This document shows positions 13,790 through 28,620 of a stretch of 64,000 nucleotides of DNA, one piece after another (position 1 is the stretch's first letter; every line of letters starts with the position of its first letter). Below the pieces are notes generated by a model, which had not been told where the DNA came from, ran no database searches, and saw only the letters and a list, made by a program, of their open reading frames with translations. The stretch is from Octopus vulgaris. Lineage: Eukaryota. The position numbers and the translations under genes are program-made. The DNA is taken from contig OX597825.1 in the NCBI GenBank assembly GCA_951406725.2, positions 55,304,001 to 55,368,000 of the forward strand, in the 5' to 3' direction.

Positions 13790-14240
13790 TTTCCAAATAG
13801 CTGGGTAACTTTCTCTCTTCCACACTACATCTGATTCTTCTATTACTGAGTTTTCTCTAAGCTTCTTCATGCTCAGATATTCTGTTACATATCTAGAAGA
13901 ATATCTTTGCTTTATTTCTTTCCAGTTGTTACTCATTCTCCTCTTGAACTGCCCATATTTTGTTACCATCCAGAATCACACTTTGTAGACAAGTATCATA
14001 CAACCTATCCTTCATTACAAAAAAAATTTCAGTGTTGCCAGCAAAGATAATACTTAGCAAACTTTTCACACCTTGCTCTTATTCTGACATCTTTCCACAG
14101 CTAATTAGGTTGCCTAGGAATCAGAATCTATTAAGATCATCTACGGAGCCTTTGGAGAATTTGAAAAACTGTCACAGATGTTGCTACTGCTAATTGTGTC
14201 AGTGAATTTGCTACATACATAAGCCTTTCTTTGTCAGCCT
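13790..14240 (-). mobile_element. RTE LINE fragment
   Basis: Minus strand MKDRLYDTCLQSVILDGNKIWAVQEENE*QLERNKA, like the other RTE C-termini in the window. Confidence 0.7.
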
Positions 14241-14261
14241 GCCTTGAAACACAAAACAACA

Positions 14262-14490
14262 CTTGGCTTAGTGGTTAGGGTGTTGGACTCATGATTGCAA
14301 GTTTGTGGTATCTATTCCTGACTGGGCAATGTATCGTGTTCTTGAGTAAAATACTTCATTTCATATTGCTCCAGCCCACTCAGGTGGTAAAAGTGAGTAT
14401 TCCCATGATGAACCAGCATCTGGCCCAAGTGGGGAATATATAATCAGAGAATACAGGAAACCAGGCCTATGAATCAATATAACTTAGAAA
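14262..14490 (+). mobile_element. tRNA-headed SINE family C
   Basis: A box TGGCTTAGTGG; GTGTTCTTGAGTAAAATACTT core; similar to 30857 copy. Confidence 0.75.
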
Positions 14491-15908
14491 GGAATTTTTT
14501 CCTTTTTTTTAAAAATCCTTTTGGAACTCACAGCACCATTTGGTTACATTTGGTACACAGTGCAGTGGCCCTAACTATTCCATTCTTGCATATTGAAAAT
14601 GACCGTATGTATGTATACACACACATACAGACACAGTTATCCTGCCTATCTCTCACTCTCTCCTTCAGCCTTCATTTTCTTTAGTGCTACATATTTCTTC
14701 AACACCATCATCAATATCATTACTAACATCAACACCACTAGTGGCAACAATACTCATCTTAACATGGGTGTCTCTATGTGGTCATTGATCTTCTAGAAAT
14801 AGCAGCCAAATAACCCTCAAATTACTATCATCTTAAGAAAAAGTTTATGTTGGCAAACATAGTCCTGAATTCTTCTCCATATAGGAAAAAAGATGGAATG
14901 GTCATAGTTGGAATGTCTGATCACTGGAATGCTTAGTCAGGGATGACCTGGAGCTAAAACATCAACCACCACCACTTTTACTACCACCACCACCAACAAC
15001 AACACCTGTACTACCAATAATGCCAGCACTTTATATTATAGTTTAGAATCAGTTGTTTTTAAGCATATATTTACCATTCTTCAATTTGATGCAAATGAAC
15101 AGTTGTGAATGAACATATATATATATATATATATGCATGTATGTTTGAAAGCCATCTGTTTCTATTCTATTCTCAGTCTATTAGCAACTATTGTTCTCTC
15201 ATCTCCTACTCCACACTCTTTCTGTCACTGATGCAGACTTTTATATATTGTTATATTGTTCTATAAATGTTAGGTGAAGAAGATGGAGATGGTAGTGGTG
15301 GCATTGGTAATGGTTGTGGCAGTGGATGTGATGGCGGTGGTGGTGGTGATGTGATTTTCATGGTAGTTTGTATTTGAGTTGAAGGTAGTGCTGGTGGTTG
15401 TTGGGATTATGATGATGGAGTTGTGATAGTGGTGGTGACAGTTGTGTTGGTGGTGGTGGTGGTTGTTGTTGTTGTTAAGGTGATGGCAATAATAGTCTTT
15501 GTGATGATGGTGACAGTAGTGGTGGTAGTAGTGAGTGGTATTCTGATGGTGATGGTAATTAATTTTGATGGCAGTTGCAGTTATGCTAATGTGGTGATGG
15601 TAGTTATGTGATGGTGGTGCCTGTTAACATAATGGTAAGTGAATATTAATGAAAAATAACAATTCTAAAACCAATGTTTCCACTTCCGTGCCATATTATA
15701 ATTTGTGTATGTGTGTGTGTATCTATCTTTCTCTATGCGTTTGTGTGTGTGTGACTATAAGTAATGCTCACCATTAGAATTTCCTCTTAATCTATAGAAA
15801 TCACTGTGAACTAAAAGTAATAATGTTTTAGCCATGATTACAAAAACACTGTGAGATTGTTTGTTGATCCACCCCTGAACACCCCAATTTCACATGGCAT
15901 TGTCATGG

Positions 15909-16018
15909 ACAAGGGAGTGCTAAAAAGTTTCTGACTTTGGGTAAAAGAAAATAGAAGAGGATCATTTAATTATGATCTTCTTCAACATGCTCCCCTCTCA
16001 GATTCACACACTTATAAC
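15909..16018 (+). mobile_element. mariner-type terminal fragment
   Basis: CAAGGGAGTGCTAAAAAGTTTCTGACTT resembles mariner TIRs (CGAGGG..CT.AAAAGTT); truncated by SINE. Confidence 0.45.
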
Positions 16019-16019
16019 A

Positions 16020-16857
16020 ACCTCAGTGTTCAACTGGTACTTATTTTATCGACCATGAAAGTGTGAAAGGTAAAGTCGACTTTGGCAGAATTTGAACTCA
16101 GAGCATAGCAATGGGCAAAATATCACTAAGCATTTCATCCAGTGTGTTAACAATTCTGCCAGCTTGCTGCCTTAATAATAATGATGATGATGATGATGAT
16201 GATGATATTTCATGTAAACATTATAAAGAATGGTTTAAAATTTTGGCATAAAGCCAGCAAGATCAGGTGATACTTATTTTATCAACTCTGAAAAGATGAA
16301 AGGCAAAATTGACCTTAGTGGAATTTGAACTCAGAACGTGAAGACAGACAAAATACTGCTAAGTGTTTTGTCCAGCATGCTAACGATTCTGCCAGCTCAC
16401 TGTCTTAATAATAATAATAATGATATTTCATGTAAATGCTATAAATAATCTTTTCTACACTGGACACAAGGCCTGAAATTTTGGGGGAGGGGACCAGTTG
16501 ATTAGAATGACCCCAGTATGTAACTGGTACTTAATTTATCGACCCCAAAAGGATGAAAGGCAATGTCAACCTTGGCAGAATTTGAACTCAGAACATAAAG
16601 ATAGATGAAATACCGCTAAGCATTTCGTCTGGCATGTTAACGTTTCTGCCAGCTCCCCACCTTAAATATTATAAATAATGGTTTAAAATTTTGGTAAAAG
16701 GCCAACAAGATCAGGTGATACTTATTTTATTGACCCCAAAAGGATGAAAGGCAAAGTCGACCCCGGCAGAATTTGAACACAGATTATAAAGCATCAGAAG
16801 AAATGTTACTAAGCATTTTGTCTGATGTGCTAATGTTTATGCCAGCCTCACACCTTA
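16020..16857 (-). mobile_element. Head-to-tail array of four SINE family A copies
   Basis: Copies at ~16020-16173, 16230-16407, 16447-16664, 16680-16857, separated by AAT/GAT repeats; spacer gatatttcatgtaaa duplicated. Confidence 0.9.
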
Positions 16858-17963
16858 ATAACAATAATAATAATTATAATAATAATCCTAATAATTATTA
16901 TTATTGCTACTGTAGGAAAGGGAGAGAAGTGGGTATTTCTTGTTAATTGCAGTGAAATGTTTCATTATTGATGAAACACAATGCAGGGTGGAGGAATTAT
17001 AAAAATCAGGGTAACTACATCAGTTTGTTTTGAGGAATACCATGTCCATTGTTGTTACAGTTAAACCAATCAAAGTGAAGTCAACACATGACAATGGAAC
17101 ATGGGTGAATGAAGTTGATTGGCTTGTCCTTTGTTATTTATACTTCTTTTGCTCCCTTTTTTTTTTTTTGTTTTTCTTTTTTCAATAGGGGTGGAAAGAA
17201 GAGTAAGGAATAAAGCGATGAGATGAGATGAGATGAGAGATGGGATGAGAGAGATGAGTTGGGATAATAAACCATACAACTGATGCGATTCTCTTTGGCA
17301 GTAACCATTATGAACTCTGAAATTCTCCATGTGTGTGTATTTTTTATTTTTTATTTGTGTGTGTATGTGTGTGTGTGCATGTGTGTGTTTGCTGTTTTCA
17401 ATTCTGCAGAACCATTAGTCTTCAAGATTCTGAGTTTAAGGGATTTTTAAAGAATTTAAGGGCTTTTAGCCTAATTACAGTCAGTTTTTGAAATCAATTC
17501 TGTATTAATTGAAGCACCTGATTACTTGATTGAAAACAAAAGAGACAAACAGAAAACAAACACAAGTGAAAGGCATCAAATTTTCATGATTCTCTTCTGT
17601 TTAAATGGCAAATTGGTTTCATTCCTACCAACCCACATCTACCAACCGGAACCTCCACCACACCACTGCTACCAGTGCCACCACCATCACCCTTGCTAAG
17701 TATTGATCCATCAGCATTATGCAGTCTTTATTCTATTATATTTCAGTGATTTTCATTAATATTTTTGAAAGTAAAGATCCACTTATAATTTCCAGTCATG
17801 TCTGACTGATATTTCAGAGTTCTGTCTGTCTATGTCTCTCTCTCTCTACTACTACTACTATGACTCCTCAACTAGCTAACAACGCACCTCAGCACCCTTG
17901 ATGCTCACTCTGAATATACCCTTTCATCATCTCTATTGTTTCTTACCTTACAATGCTCTACAC

Positions 17964-18579
17964 CAGTGATTTCAACTAAGCTCCATATGGCCCTTGAATA
18001 TACATCATCATCATCATCAACATCATTTAATATCTACCTTCCATACTCATATGAGTAGGATGGTTTGACAGGAGCTGGCCAGGCAGAAGCCGGCACCAGA
18101 CTTCTATGACTGCTTTGGCAGGATTTTTATTGCTGTATGCCCTTCCTAACACCAACCACCCAGCAGAGTGGACTTAGTGCTTTTTATGTGGCACAAGCAC
18201 AAGCAAGGTCAGTTTTGACAAAGTTTCTACAACTGGTTGCCCTTCCAAATGCCAACCACTTTACAGTGTGGACTGGATGCTTTTTATGTGGCATTTGCAC
18301 TGACAGGGTCACCAAGTAACTCACAACACAAAAGACCTTTGAGAGGGGAGGGGGCATTGGATTTTTGTTAAAATTTATCTGTAATAAATTGATTATACCT
18401 CTACAATATTCAAAATATTTTAACAATTGTTTTTTCATACAATTCCTAATAATATTTAATGATAACATAACATGGTAACATAACATGGTATTTTTAAATA
18501 TCGAATGGCTAGGAGGTTCTATCCCAGTAAAATTAAGAATCAAAGAGATTCACTAGTTAAAAATGGTTGAAAACCACTG
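17964..18579. mobile_element. hAT (Charlie-like) MITE with nested RTE 3' UTR fragment (~18003-18350)
   Basis: TIRs CAGTGATTTCAAC / GTTGAAAACCACTG; 8-bp TSD ctctacac (17956-63) / ctctgcac (18580-87). Confidence 0.75.
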
Positions 18580-18711
18580 CTCTGCACTATACACTCCATT
18601 CTTCCTGCATTTTCTTCCCTCGTCTTTTATTGCATCAACTGGAGAGTGTGGAGGGGGGGGGATGAAACCACTACTATAACTACCACCACTACTACTAACT
18701 GACACTGTCTG

Positions 18712-19025
18712 TTATGATAATGAGAGTTCCATTTGATCCAATCAACAGAATAAACTACTAGTGAAATTAACGTGCATATGGCTGAGTACTCCACAGACAC
18801 AGACACACATACCCTTAACGTAGTTCTTTGGGAGATTCGGCATGACAGAATATGACAAGGCTAGCCTTTTGAAATACTGGTACTACTCAATTTTGCCAGC
18901 TGAGTGGACTGGAGCAATATGAAATAAAGTGTCTTACTCAAGGACACAATGTGTCACCAGGAATTGAACTCACAACCTTGCAATCGTGAGCCAATTACTC
19001 TAACCACTAAGCCACATTCCTTCAC
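18712..19025 (-). mobile_element. tRNA-headed SINE (family C head, different body)
   Basis: Minus strand TGGCTTAGTGG A box, GAGTTCAATTCC B box, TGTGTCCTTGAGTAAGACACTT core; second copy 58130-58410. Confidence 0.8.
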
Positions 19026-20514
19026 AACCACCACTATAACTATGCAATAAATACCATCACAAACTCCACTAGTTACCACCAGAACTACTATGATAAACAA
19101 TGACTACAACCACCACCACCATCACCAACACCATTGGTGATGTTTTAATGAAGAACTCTAAAAGCAAGGACTCGACCTGCTAGAGATAGCAGCAAGATGT
19201 CTCTCAATCAAACCCTAGCATTTTAAAAGAAAGATACACTGGATGTGATCCTGGCTGCTGAAATTGATGGGATGGTTGTGGATGGATTGTGTTTAATTGT
19301 AAGTCAGGCTTGACCAGGATTTAGACAACCACAACACTAACAAAATTATTACAGTTATACCACAAACACCACCACCACTAGTTCAACTACACCAAGACCC
19401 ACACATACACACACCAACAGATTGAACATCAACCAAAACCATCACCATCACTTCAGAAACGCCAACCCCTCAACTACCACCAATACCATTACTAAATCAG
19501 AAATATTATTAGCTCTACCATCATTGCTATTACTACTAACACAATACAAGAAATACAACCAGAGCTATACCAGCACAAACTACTACCACCACTACCACAA
19601 AGACACCATTGCTAGTACCAACACCGAACACTACCAACTACAGACACAAGACAAACCACTACCACATTCAACTCTACTGCTACCACTACTTCTATCATAC
19701 TAGAATATCATAAAACTCTCCCCCACCACTACCACTATGATGCCATATCCATTGCCACCACCACTACCATCAAGAGCATTGCCAAACAACAGACATCAAC
19801 AACACCACCACCACTACTACAGCTGCCATCATGAATGTTACTACACTAAACACTACTACTGCAACTACCACACCACAACCATCATCACCACCACCACCAT
19901 GACACCATGCCCATTGCCATCACCACTGCCATCATGAATATTACCATGCAACAGACACCAACACCACCAATACCACCACCACCACCACTACAACCGCCAC
20001 TGCCACCACCACCATGTAACACACACACCTCCTTCAAGAACAACGTTCCCCCCCACCACCATCACGATGCTTTGCCAATGCTACATTGCAAAGGTTAAGA
20101 GAGTCTGCTACAGTGCTATCTGTTGTGAAATCAGCTGTTCTGATGTGTAATAATGTGTTAATATGATTGAGTAGCAAAGCACAAATAATAGAAGTAAAAT
20201 GTTGTTTGTTTTATGGTTGATTTACTCAGAGTTTGTTAGTGGTGGGGCAAAGAGGAGTATGGGATTTCAGGGTTATTATCATTATTATTATTATTATTAT
20301 TATTATTCAGTTTTACTGTCGTTTTGTTGTTGGGTTACTTGACCATGGACTTGTACAATAAGTGGTGTGAGAGTAACCACTGTGGAACCACTTGGAAAAT
20401 AGTTGTGAGAGCAGGGAAAGAAGAATATTGGGGCTGAAGTAGGAAAGGTTCTGAAGATGGAGAAAGTGGGGCTGAAGTGTTGGCTGGGTTGGGTGTAAAG
20501 GAATTCTTAACAAT

Positions 20515-20925
20515 TGGGCATGATTATGTGATAAGAAGTTTATTTCCCAACTACATGGTTCCAGATTCAGTGCCACTGTGTGACATTTTGGTCAAGCATC
20601 TTCTATTAAAACCTGAAGCCAACCAAAGCCTTGTGAGTGGATTTGGTGAGGGAAACTAAAAGAAGCCTAACATGTGTGTGTGTGCATATGTGTGTGAGAC
20701 TTCATATCTGTTCTTGCCCCACACCACCACCACTTGACAACAGGTGTTGGTGTGTTTATGACTCCGTAACCTAGCAGTTCGGCAAAAAAGACCAATAGAA
20801 TAAATACCAGGTTTAATAAAAGATATGTACCAGAGTCAGTTCCCTCAGCTAAACATTTTCAAGGTTGTGCCCCAGCATGGCCACAGTCTAATAACAAACA
20901 AGTAAAAAGAAAAAAAAAGATAAAA
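20515..20925 (+). mobile_element. SINE family B with internal (TG)n
   Basis: Head similar to 39398-39561; tail CCAGCATGGCCACAGTC..AAACAAGTAAAAAGA; 3' part also at 23757-24058. Confidence 0.75.
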
Positions 20926-21325
20926 AGCATTGTGCTTTCACACATCTTTGAACTACTTCTATTCGGATTGTATAGGAAGATCCTGACATCTATGAAACCA
21001 AGACTTCTATATTTAATGTGTAGGACTTCTTGGATGTCACTGTTACAAATGTCATCATCATCATCTGTTGCAAACATCACCATCATCATCATCATCACCA
21101 TTATCATTTGACATCTGCTTTTCTAGATGAAATTCATTGAAGCAAATTTACTATGTTTGAATGTTCTTGCTGTTGCCAACCTTCACCTGTAAGGTAATGT
21201 TCTCTTTTAGTCCAGTAGTCCAGATGACTTTTCATGGAATATTGCAACCAAATGACACCACTTGTATGATGATAATATTTATTTGCAACTAGCACACAAT
21301 ACGAAGACATACACATACAGACTAT

Positions 21326-21379
<54 letters not shown>

Positions 21380-24300
21380 AATATATATACATATATATAG
21401 ACAGACAGACAGACAGACCGTCAGAGGTAGGTAGGTATGCAGGTAGATGGGTATGTAGATAGATAGATGACAGCATGGAAAGCAGACTTTAAATGATGAT
21501 GATACATATACACACACATGTACAACAGGGATCTTTTCAGCTTCCATCTATCAAATTCACTCACAAGGCTTTGGTTAGCTCTAAGCTATAGTAAAAGACA
21601 CTTGTTCAAAGCATCACACAAATCTGAACTTGAAACCATGAAAGCACAAAATAAACTTCTTAATCTCCAAACTTTGTATCTTAGTATCTGAAATACTGAG
21701 AGATTCCTCACTGTGAGACAAGGTTTCAAATATGGCAGTGGGATGTATAGCCAATCATATCAACCCTCCAGTACTTTATTTTACTGACCCTTGAAGAGTG
21801 AAAGGTGATGTTAACCTCAGCAGTATTTGAACTCAGAAAGTTTGAAATCATAAACTGGCAGGAAAAAAAGAAGTAAAGCATTACAAGATTATAGGAAGAT
21901 TTTAAGAAATGAGATAGCAATAAAAAAATAAAATAAAAAATCAGCACCAGGATACCGAGTTCTGTTCTATCAAAAGAAATATCTCAGTAAGAATTCTCTC
22001 AAGAGAAATTAGAATTAGAAAAAAAGAAAGAGAAAAAATAGAAAAAATGCATTTTTGAATTAACAAAACTGTAAGGTATTGTTGTGTCGTATAAATGCTA
22101 TAATAATGACAATAATAATAATAGTAATAATGTGATTCTCTAAAATTGAACCATAATTTCACAGATTCTAGATGTTACTAACTGATTACAAGAATATAAT
22201 TTCAGATATTAGAATGAATCTGGAATTATATTACATTTTACCAATTTGATATCTTTATCTCTTAAACGATATTAAATAATATCTCACAAGTTTGCTGAAA
22301 GAGGAATCTTCTGATATAAAAAGGGTGAAAAATAATTGTATATTCATGAATTCACACAAAGTTTTTACTTTTCTATTCTTTAATAAGGAGAAAAGGTAAT
22401 ATATCTTTAAATATTTTCACATCTAGGAAGGTTGCCAATGTAAGGGAAGTTTTCCAGTGTACGGAGAATTTGCAAGTTCAGAACATGATGCAAATGTACT
22501 GGGTCTAGTTTCTCTAATTCCAGCTAAATCTTTTACCGAAACAAACAAAAAACAAATCTAATTCTTAAAATAATCTTTAAAAATATTTTTGGAAAGGGTT
22601 TGAAAGATTTATAAAAATACACATTGTATAAAATATTCTGAAGTTGAATGCCAAGTCTAATGCTAGTTAATTCTATCAGAAGCTTTGTCAATGTTTAAGA
22701 GTTTACTGAGGCATGTAGAATACCTGCGTTGCTTAAAAACATGACAAGAGAATAGAAGAGATGCAAACTGAATGAAAGACTATAATATAATTTACAGCTT
22801 CTGTACAAGGCTATAAATTTGATGGGGAAGAAGTGGGCAATACTACACAACATAAGCATAGAAATGATGATTGAAATACACCAAAAAAAAATTGATGTAC
22901 TTTGGCTGATACATCTAGTATTAAACTTCAGATAAATAAAATTTAATGTCAGCTATAAACTATGGTTGAATTTGAACTAAGAAAATAAAGAGACAAAACT
23001 AATAACTGCAAGACATTTTATCCACTCTACCACCTCTAACTTCCATTAGTATAGGATAATTAACAAACAAATAACGAAGAGGTTAGGGAACCTCTGTGGG
23101 TTAAATCATTAATTCTCCACACTAAGACGTCATAGCTCTGCTACTCAAGACATACAATTATTATATCACAGAAAAGAACCCCAAAATGGATTCTTCAAGG
23201 TGAGCCAATAGGACATCAAGAGATAGACCAAGAAGAAGACAACAGGATAATACCTATAGTTTGTAATACTTGGGAAACTAACCAGAAAGTGTAATGACTC
23301 TTGCTTCTGATAGGTCCCTATAGGGGAGGTGCCTGAAGTCCCTGCTCCCATGGCCCTTCCAAGAATAGTGAGCAGAAAAGATGGATGAATATCACACTGG
23401 TAAATTTTAGCTCATTGACTCATAATAAATTTTACTCCAATGAAATAAACAGGGAATTTCTTTTATTTCACCGTTTACTGTCTTTATTTCAGTAACATTT
23501 AAATATTCTTCATGCCTGTGATATGGTGATTTCTTGTGCTTGGAAAGAACATGTCAAGGTAGGTGGATTCATAGTCATGGCCAATGCCAGTGATACATGA
23601 AAGATACTCATGCTAGGGACACATAAAGGGTACCCATGCCAGTAACACATAAAAGACACCCAGTACACTATTGGAGTGGGTGGTGTTAGGAAGGGCATCT
23701 AGTCATAGAAAACAAGCCAAAACAGATTGGAGTCTGGTGCAACTCTCTGGCTTTAGTAAGTGGAAACTGAAAGAAGCCCAAAGAATGTATATATATTTGT
23801 GTGTGTGTGTGTGTGTGTGTGCATGCAGATGTGTGCACGCATGTGTGTGTATCTTTGTGTTTGTCCCCTACCACTGCTTGATAACTCATGTTGATTTGCG
23901 TATATCACCATAACTTAATGGCAGAAGAGACTGATAGAATAAGTACCAGGCTTAAAAAGAATAGGTACTAAGTTCAATTCATTCAAGTAAAAATTCTTCA
24001 AGGCAGTGCCCCGACATAGTCATAGTCCAATGACTAAAATAAGTAAAAGATAAAAGATACTCTACATTTAGAATATCATCATCATAATCATCATAACAAT
24101 CTTCATTATTGTCATCATCATAATCATCATCACTTTAACTTGCAATTTCTATGCTTGCATGGGTCAGATGAAATTTGCTGAGACAGATCTGCAATGGCTG
24201 GAGGCTTTTCTAGTCACCAAACCTCACTTGTTTCTAAATGAGGTAATATTTCCCCATAACTGGCTACGTTTCCATGGAAGATTAGAAATTAATGATACCT

Positions 24301-25156
24301 CCTGGGTAACAGGAGGTATCATTAATAACACTGAAGCAAAATAACACCAAATATATAGTGCGTGTGTTTTTATTGGCTAAACTGGCAAAATGACCATTCT
24401 GAAATATAACAATATCTGTTTCAACACACGACTTCACATAAAAAATCTTGCACAACAAAAATATATATATATATATGAAGCACTAATTTGCATATTCTAG
24501 TTCTTCTGATTATTTATATATAAGTATATGTGTGAGTGTGTGAGTATATATATACATATATATACACACATACAAACATATATATAATGTATATATATAT
24601 ATATATAATCTTATGATTAAAAGAAATACAAATCTTGTAGATACAGCTACCCAGCATTTCTGGTCAAAATAATAATTTTATTCCACCATTTACCAAATTT
24701 CTGTTTTTTTATTTTGAGATTATCTTTACTCTCTTAGTTGATTAGGTGCATTTCTACTTGCTGAGACACTACCGCATAATACATATATGCATACGAACAC
24801 ATATATATATATACTTATATATTTGAATACATATATACATATATATATATATGCATACATATATATATATACACACACATATATATATGTATATATATAT
24901 ATATGGCACTGAGTCTACAGTGTACCATAGCCAGTGCATGTTTCCCCATTTCTCCATTTCTATCGTGTATTTCAAGACACCTGAGGAATATAGTAAGAAT
25001 GGGTAACTTGGGTGTGTAAGTGGCATGGAGATTTTGGCTTTGAATAAATAAACAAATAAATTTTACAACATGTACTGAATATTTATTTCTCGCGTCTGTA
25101 CATCCTAGAGCACATACATGCAGACAGATCGTGTTTGTGTATGTAAGTATAAATGC

Positions 25157-25193
<37 letters not shown>

Positions 25194-26382
25194 TCACGTG
25201 TAGCTGCAATTGTGTGCTTTGTCTGTAGGCATTGCAAGTGAACATATGTGGGTGCATGTTCTAAACACATCGTAAGAAAATATACTTTGTAATTAACTAA
25301 TATTACTTAACTCTGTGTGTATATAAGCAGGAATCTTCCAGAAGACATTTTCAGATAAGAAAATTGCTATTTCTGATTGTCTAACATCAAATGTGTCAGG
25401 TACTTATTTTTTTTATATATTTTTATATATAGATAGATATTTTTTTTATGTACAGCTATTTCTCTTTCATGTATCTTTTTTTTCCATTTTCTTCTGTCAA
25501 TTACCAGTTCCTAATTGTATATAGTCTTGTATATAGCTGCTTCTGAACTAAATTATTGCAGACAGTCATATAATGTATCTATCTATCTAGCAAGCTTTCA
25601 CCCATGTCAACGTTGCCATGGGTTAAGAAGTTCTGATTTACAACCATGTAATGTGGGGTTTCATTCTCACAGCACATCACTTTGGGCAAGCATCTTCTAC
25701 CATAGCCCGAAGTTGGCCACTGCCTAAGGAATGAAATAATTTATCCATCTGTGTATCAAATATCTATAGCTCAGGCTATCAGTCTTTTCATCTATCTATC
25801 TATACCTATTCTACCTAATCATCTATTTATTTGCCTGTCTATGTGTCAACTTATTTATCTAACTACATATATATATTCACATACACACACAAACACCTAT
25901 CTATCTATCTATCTATCCATGTGTCTATTCATTTACCTACGGTAAGCATGTCTATCTCTATTCTTGGTTCCACAACCATTCTTTACCATTATTATCCAAA
26001 CTAATAAAATATTCCTCTTATACCCCACCACCTTCAACTCCTTCTCTCTCTCTCTAGCTCCACTTCCACCTACCACCACCCTTTTCCTTTACATGATATA
26101 TACCTACTAAAATCATCTCCTACATCTGACAACATTGTTTTACAACTTTACTTATTCAAATTCCCAAACTTTCCCTCCAAACAAAGATTAAGTAGATCTT
26201 TTGGAAGGGTCCCAACAGACAATCGTCATAGATAGCTGCTTATTGTCTGTAACAGAACACAGAAAATAAAACAGGACTGTGATAATAAAGGAGAATATGC
26301 AAATACTTCTATATATAAACTAATCGCAAATAAAAACACAATCACCTTTTTTTATTATCATCATTTTATTTTATTTGTTAGT

Positions 26383-26419
<37 letters not shown>

Positions 26420-26900
26420 AATGTATATTCAGTTATAGAGTCGCAGCAATATATTCACCATTGGCCATTGAAATGTAAATAAGTATTGGCTAAGTCTAGC
26501 TTTGTTATTTGTGTAAAGTCAGTTATATTTTAATATGTATTCATAACGTTTATAAATGTTTCTTTTATCAAAATTTTTTTCGAGACTAATTGTAAAAAAA
26601 AAAAAGTAAATAAAATTTTTAAAAAGTGAAACAAAGTAACTTTTATTTTTTTTTTGTTATATTTTTTTCCTGTTGCTGTTTATGAAACAACATTGAAAAA
26701 AATCTTTTTTTAATTTTTTTTTTATGAATTAAAAGAAAATAAGGTTTCACAACTTCATACATTCCTATGAATTAGTTTAAATATTCTACCATAGATCTTG
26801 ACTTCTAGAAGATTAATAATGACTTTGGAGATGCATTTAGAATTTAGAAACAGTAACTGCACCAGCAGCAGCAGCCTCAGCAAGAGGTTTCTCTCTTTGA

Positions 26901-26984
26901 ATGGAAAATCAAGAAAATATTTCTATTGAAGACCAAAGAGCATACATCACAAACAAAATGGTAGAATCAGAAGAAATTGGTGAG
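26901..26984 (+). CDS. Candidate first coding exon, MENQENISIEDQRAYITNKMVESEEIGE (product unknown)
   Basis: ATG directly after in-frame TGA; 28 open codons ending GAG|GTAAGA (strong donor, phase 0); lies in ~1 kb without recognisable transposons. No homology recognised. Confidence 0.3.
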
Positions 26985-27280
26985 GTAAGATGTCAGTAAA
27001 TAATATTACAATTAATTCAAGCTCAGGAATAAATGTTTTATGCCATGAGGAAGAAAAGAAATCTAACGTCTCAAACAAAATTCTTTTTTAGAGAGAGACT
27101 GAGAGATTACATCATCAATGAATTGACCATCGTTTCACCGATTGACCTGCAGACTTATTTGTATACAAAACCAATTTAGGATTGCCCACTTCACAATATA
27201 TGACAATCTAGTTGATACTCAGTAGTCATTGCATATAAGGCAAATTCAAAAGGAAAACAAATTATAATAATAATAATAAT

Positions 27281-27713
27281 CCCTTTGACTATCAGTACAA
27301 GGCCTAGAATTTTTTAGTGGAGAGGGTTAGCCAATTACATCGACCCCTGTGCACAACTGGTCCTTATTTCATATAAATGAAAGCAAGGTAGACCTCAGAA
27401 GAATTTGAACTCAGAACAGAAAGACAGACAAAATGTTGCTAAGCATTTTGTCCAGTGTGCTAACACTTCTGCCAGCTTTCCCCCTCATTAGTAATAATGG
27501 TTTCAAACTTTGACACAAGGCCAGCAAGTTCAGGGGAGTTGTTAAATTGATTACATCAACCCCAGCATGTAACTGGTGCTTATTTTATTGACTACAAATG
27601 GATGGAAGGCAAAGTCAACCGAGGTAGAATTTGAATTCAGAACATAAAAACTGATGAAATGCTAGTAATCATTTTGCCTTTCAAGTTAACAATTCCACAA
27701 GTTCACTGCCTTC

Positions 27714-27775
<62 letters not shown>

Positions 27776-28620
27776 CCTTTCTACTGGAAGCACAAGGCCT
27801 CAAATTTGAGAGAAAGGATTAAGTCAACTACATCAACCCAGTGTGACACTGATACTTATTTAATCAAAAGCAAAGCTGACCTCAGCAGAATTTGAACTCA
27901 GAATGTAGCGGCAGATGAAATACCTATTTCTTTACTGCCCACAAGGGGCTAAACACAGAGGGGACAAACAAGGATAGACAAACGGATTAAGTCGATTATA
28001 TCGACCCCAGTGCGTAACTGGTACTATTTAATCGACTGGTACTTATTTCATCGACTCCCAAAAGGATGAAAGGCAAAGTTGACTTCGGTGGAATTTGAAC
28101 TCAGAATGTAGCGGCAGATGAAATACCGCTATGCAGTTTCCCTGGCATGCTAACAATTCTGCCAGCTCACCATCTTAATAATAATAACAATGTTGATTAT
28201 TTCTACTCTAGGCACAAGGCTTTGAGAATTTTGGTGGGGAAGTGGGCTAGTTGATTACATCGGCCCTAATGCATAACTGGTACTTATTTCATCGACCCCA
28301 AAAGGATGAAAGGTAAAGTCGTCCTCAGCAGAATTTGAATGCAGAACGTAGAGGCAGACAAAATACCACTAAGCATTTTGCCTGGCATGTTAACGATTCT
28401 GCCAGCTCGCCCCCATAATAATAATAATAATAGTAATAATAATATGATGATGATAATAATAACAACAGTGGTTTCAAGTTTTGGTACAAGGCCAGTAATT
28501 TGGGGAGAGTAATTATACCAACCTGAATACTTAACTGGGACTTATTTTATTCATCCTGAAATGGCAGAATTTGAACTCAGAACATAGAAAGCCGGAAAAA
28601 ATATAGCTAAGTATTTTCTT
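27281..28620 (-). mobile_element. Head-to-tail array of six SINE family A copies
   Basis: Copies ~27281-27486, 27500-27712, 27776-27925, 27926-28176, 28198-28414, 28470-28620, mostly joined by (AAT)n. Confidence 0.9.

Noticed and set aside
17061-17104. Short exon candidate KPIKVKSTHDNGTW
   Set aside because: Weak donor, no supporting homology
22428-22562. Open frame EGCQCKGSFPVYGEF.. after an AG
   Set aside because: Short, weak acceptor, unrecognised
24977-25015. 39-nt microexon candidate (ag|..|gtaagt; HLRNIVRMGNLG)
   Set aside because: Only splice-like motifs, expected by chance; no homology
27281-28620. CRISPR-like array
   Set aside because: Units are ~200-bp diverged SINEs in eukaryotic DNA; no short repeat-spacer pattern
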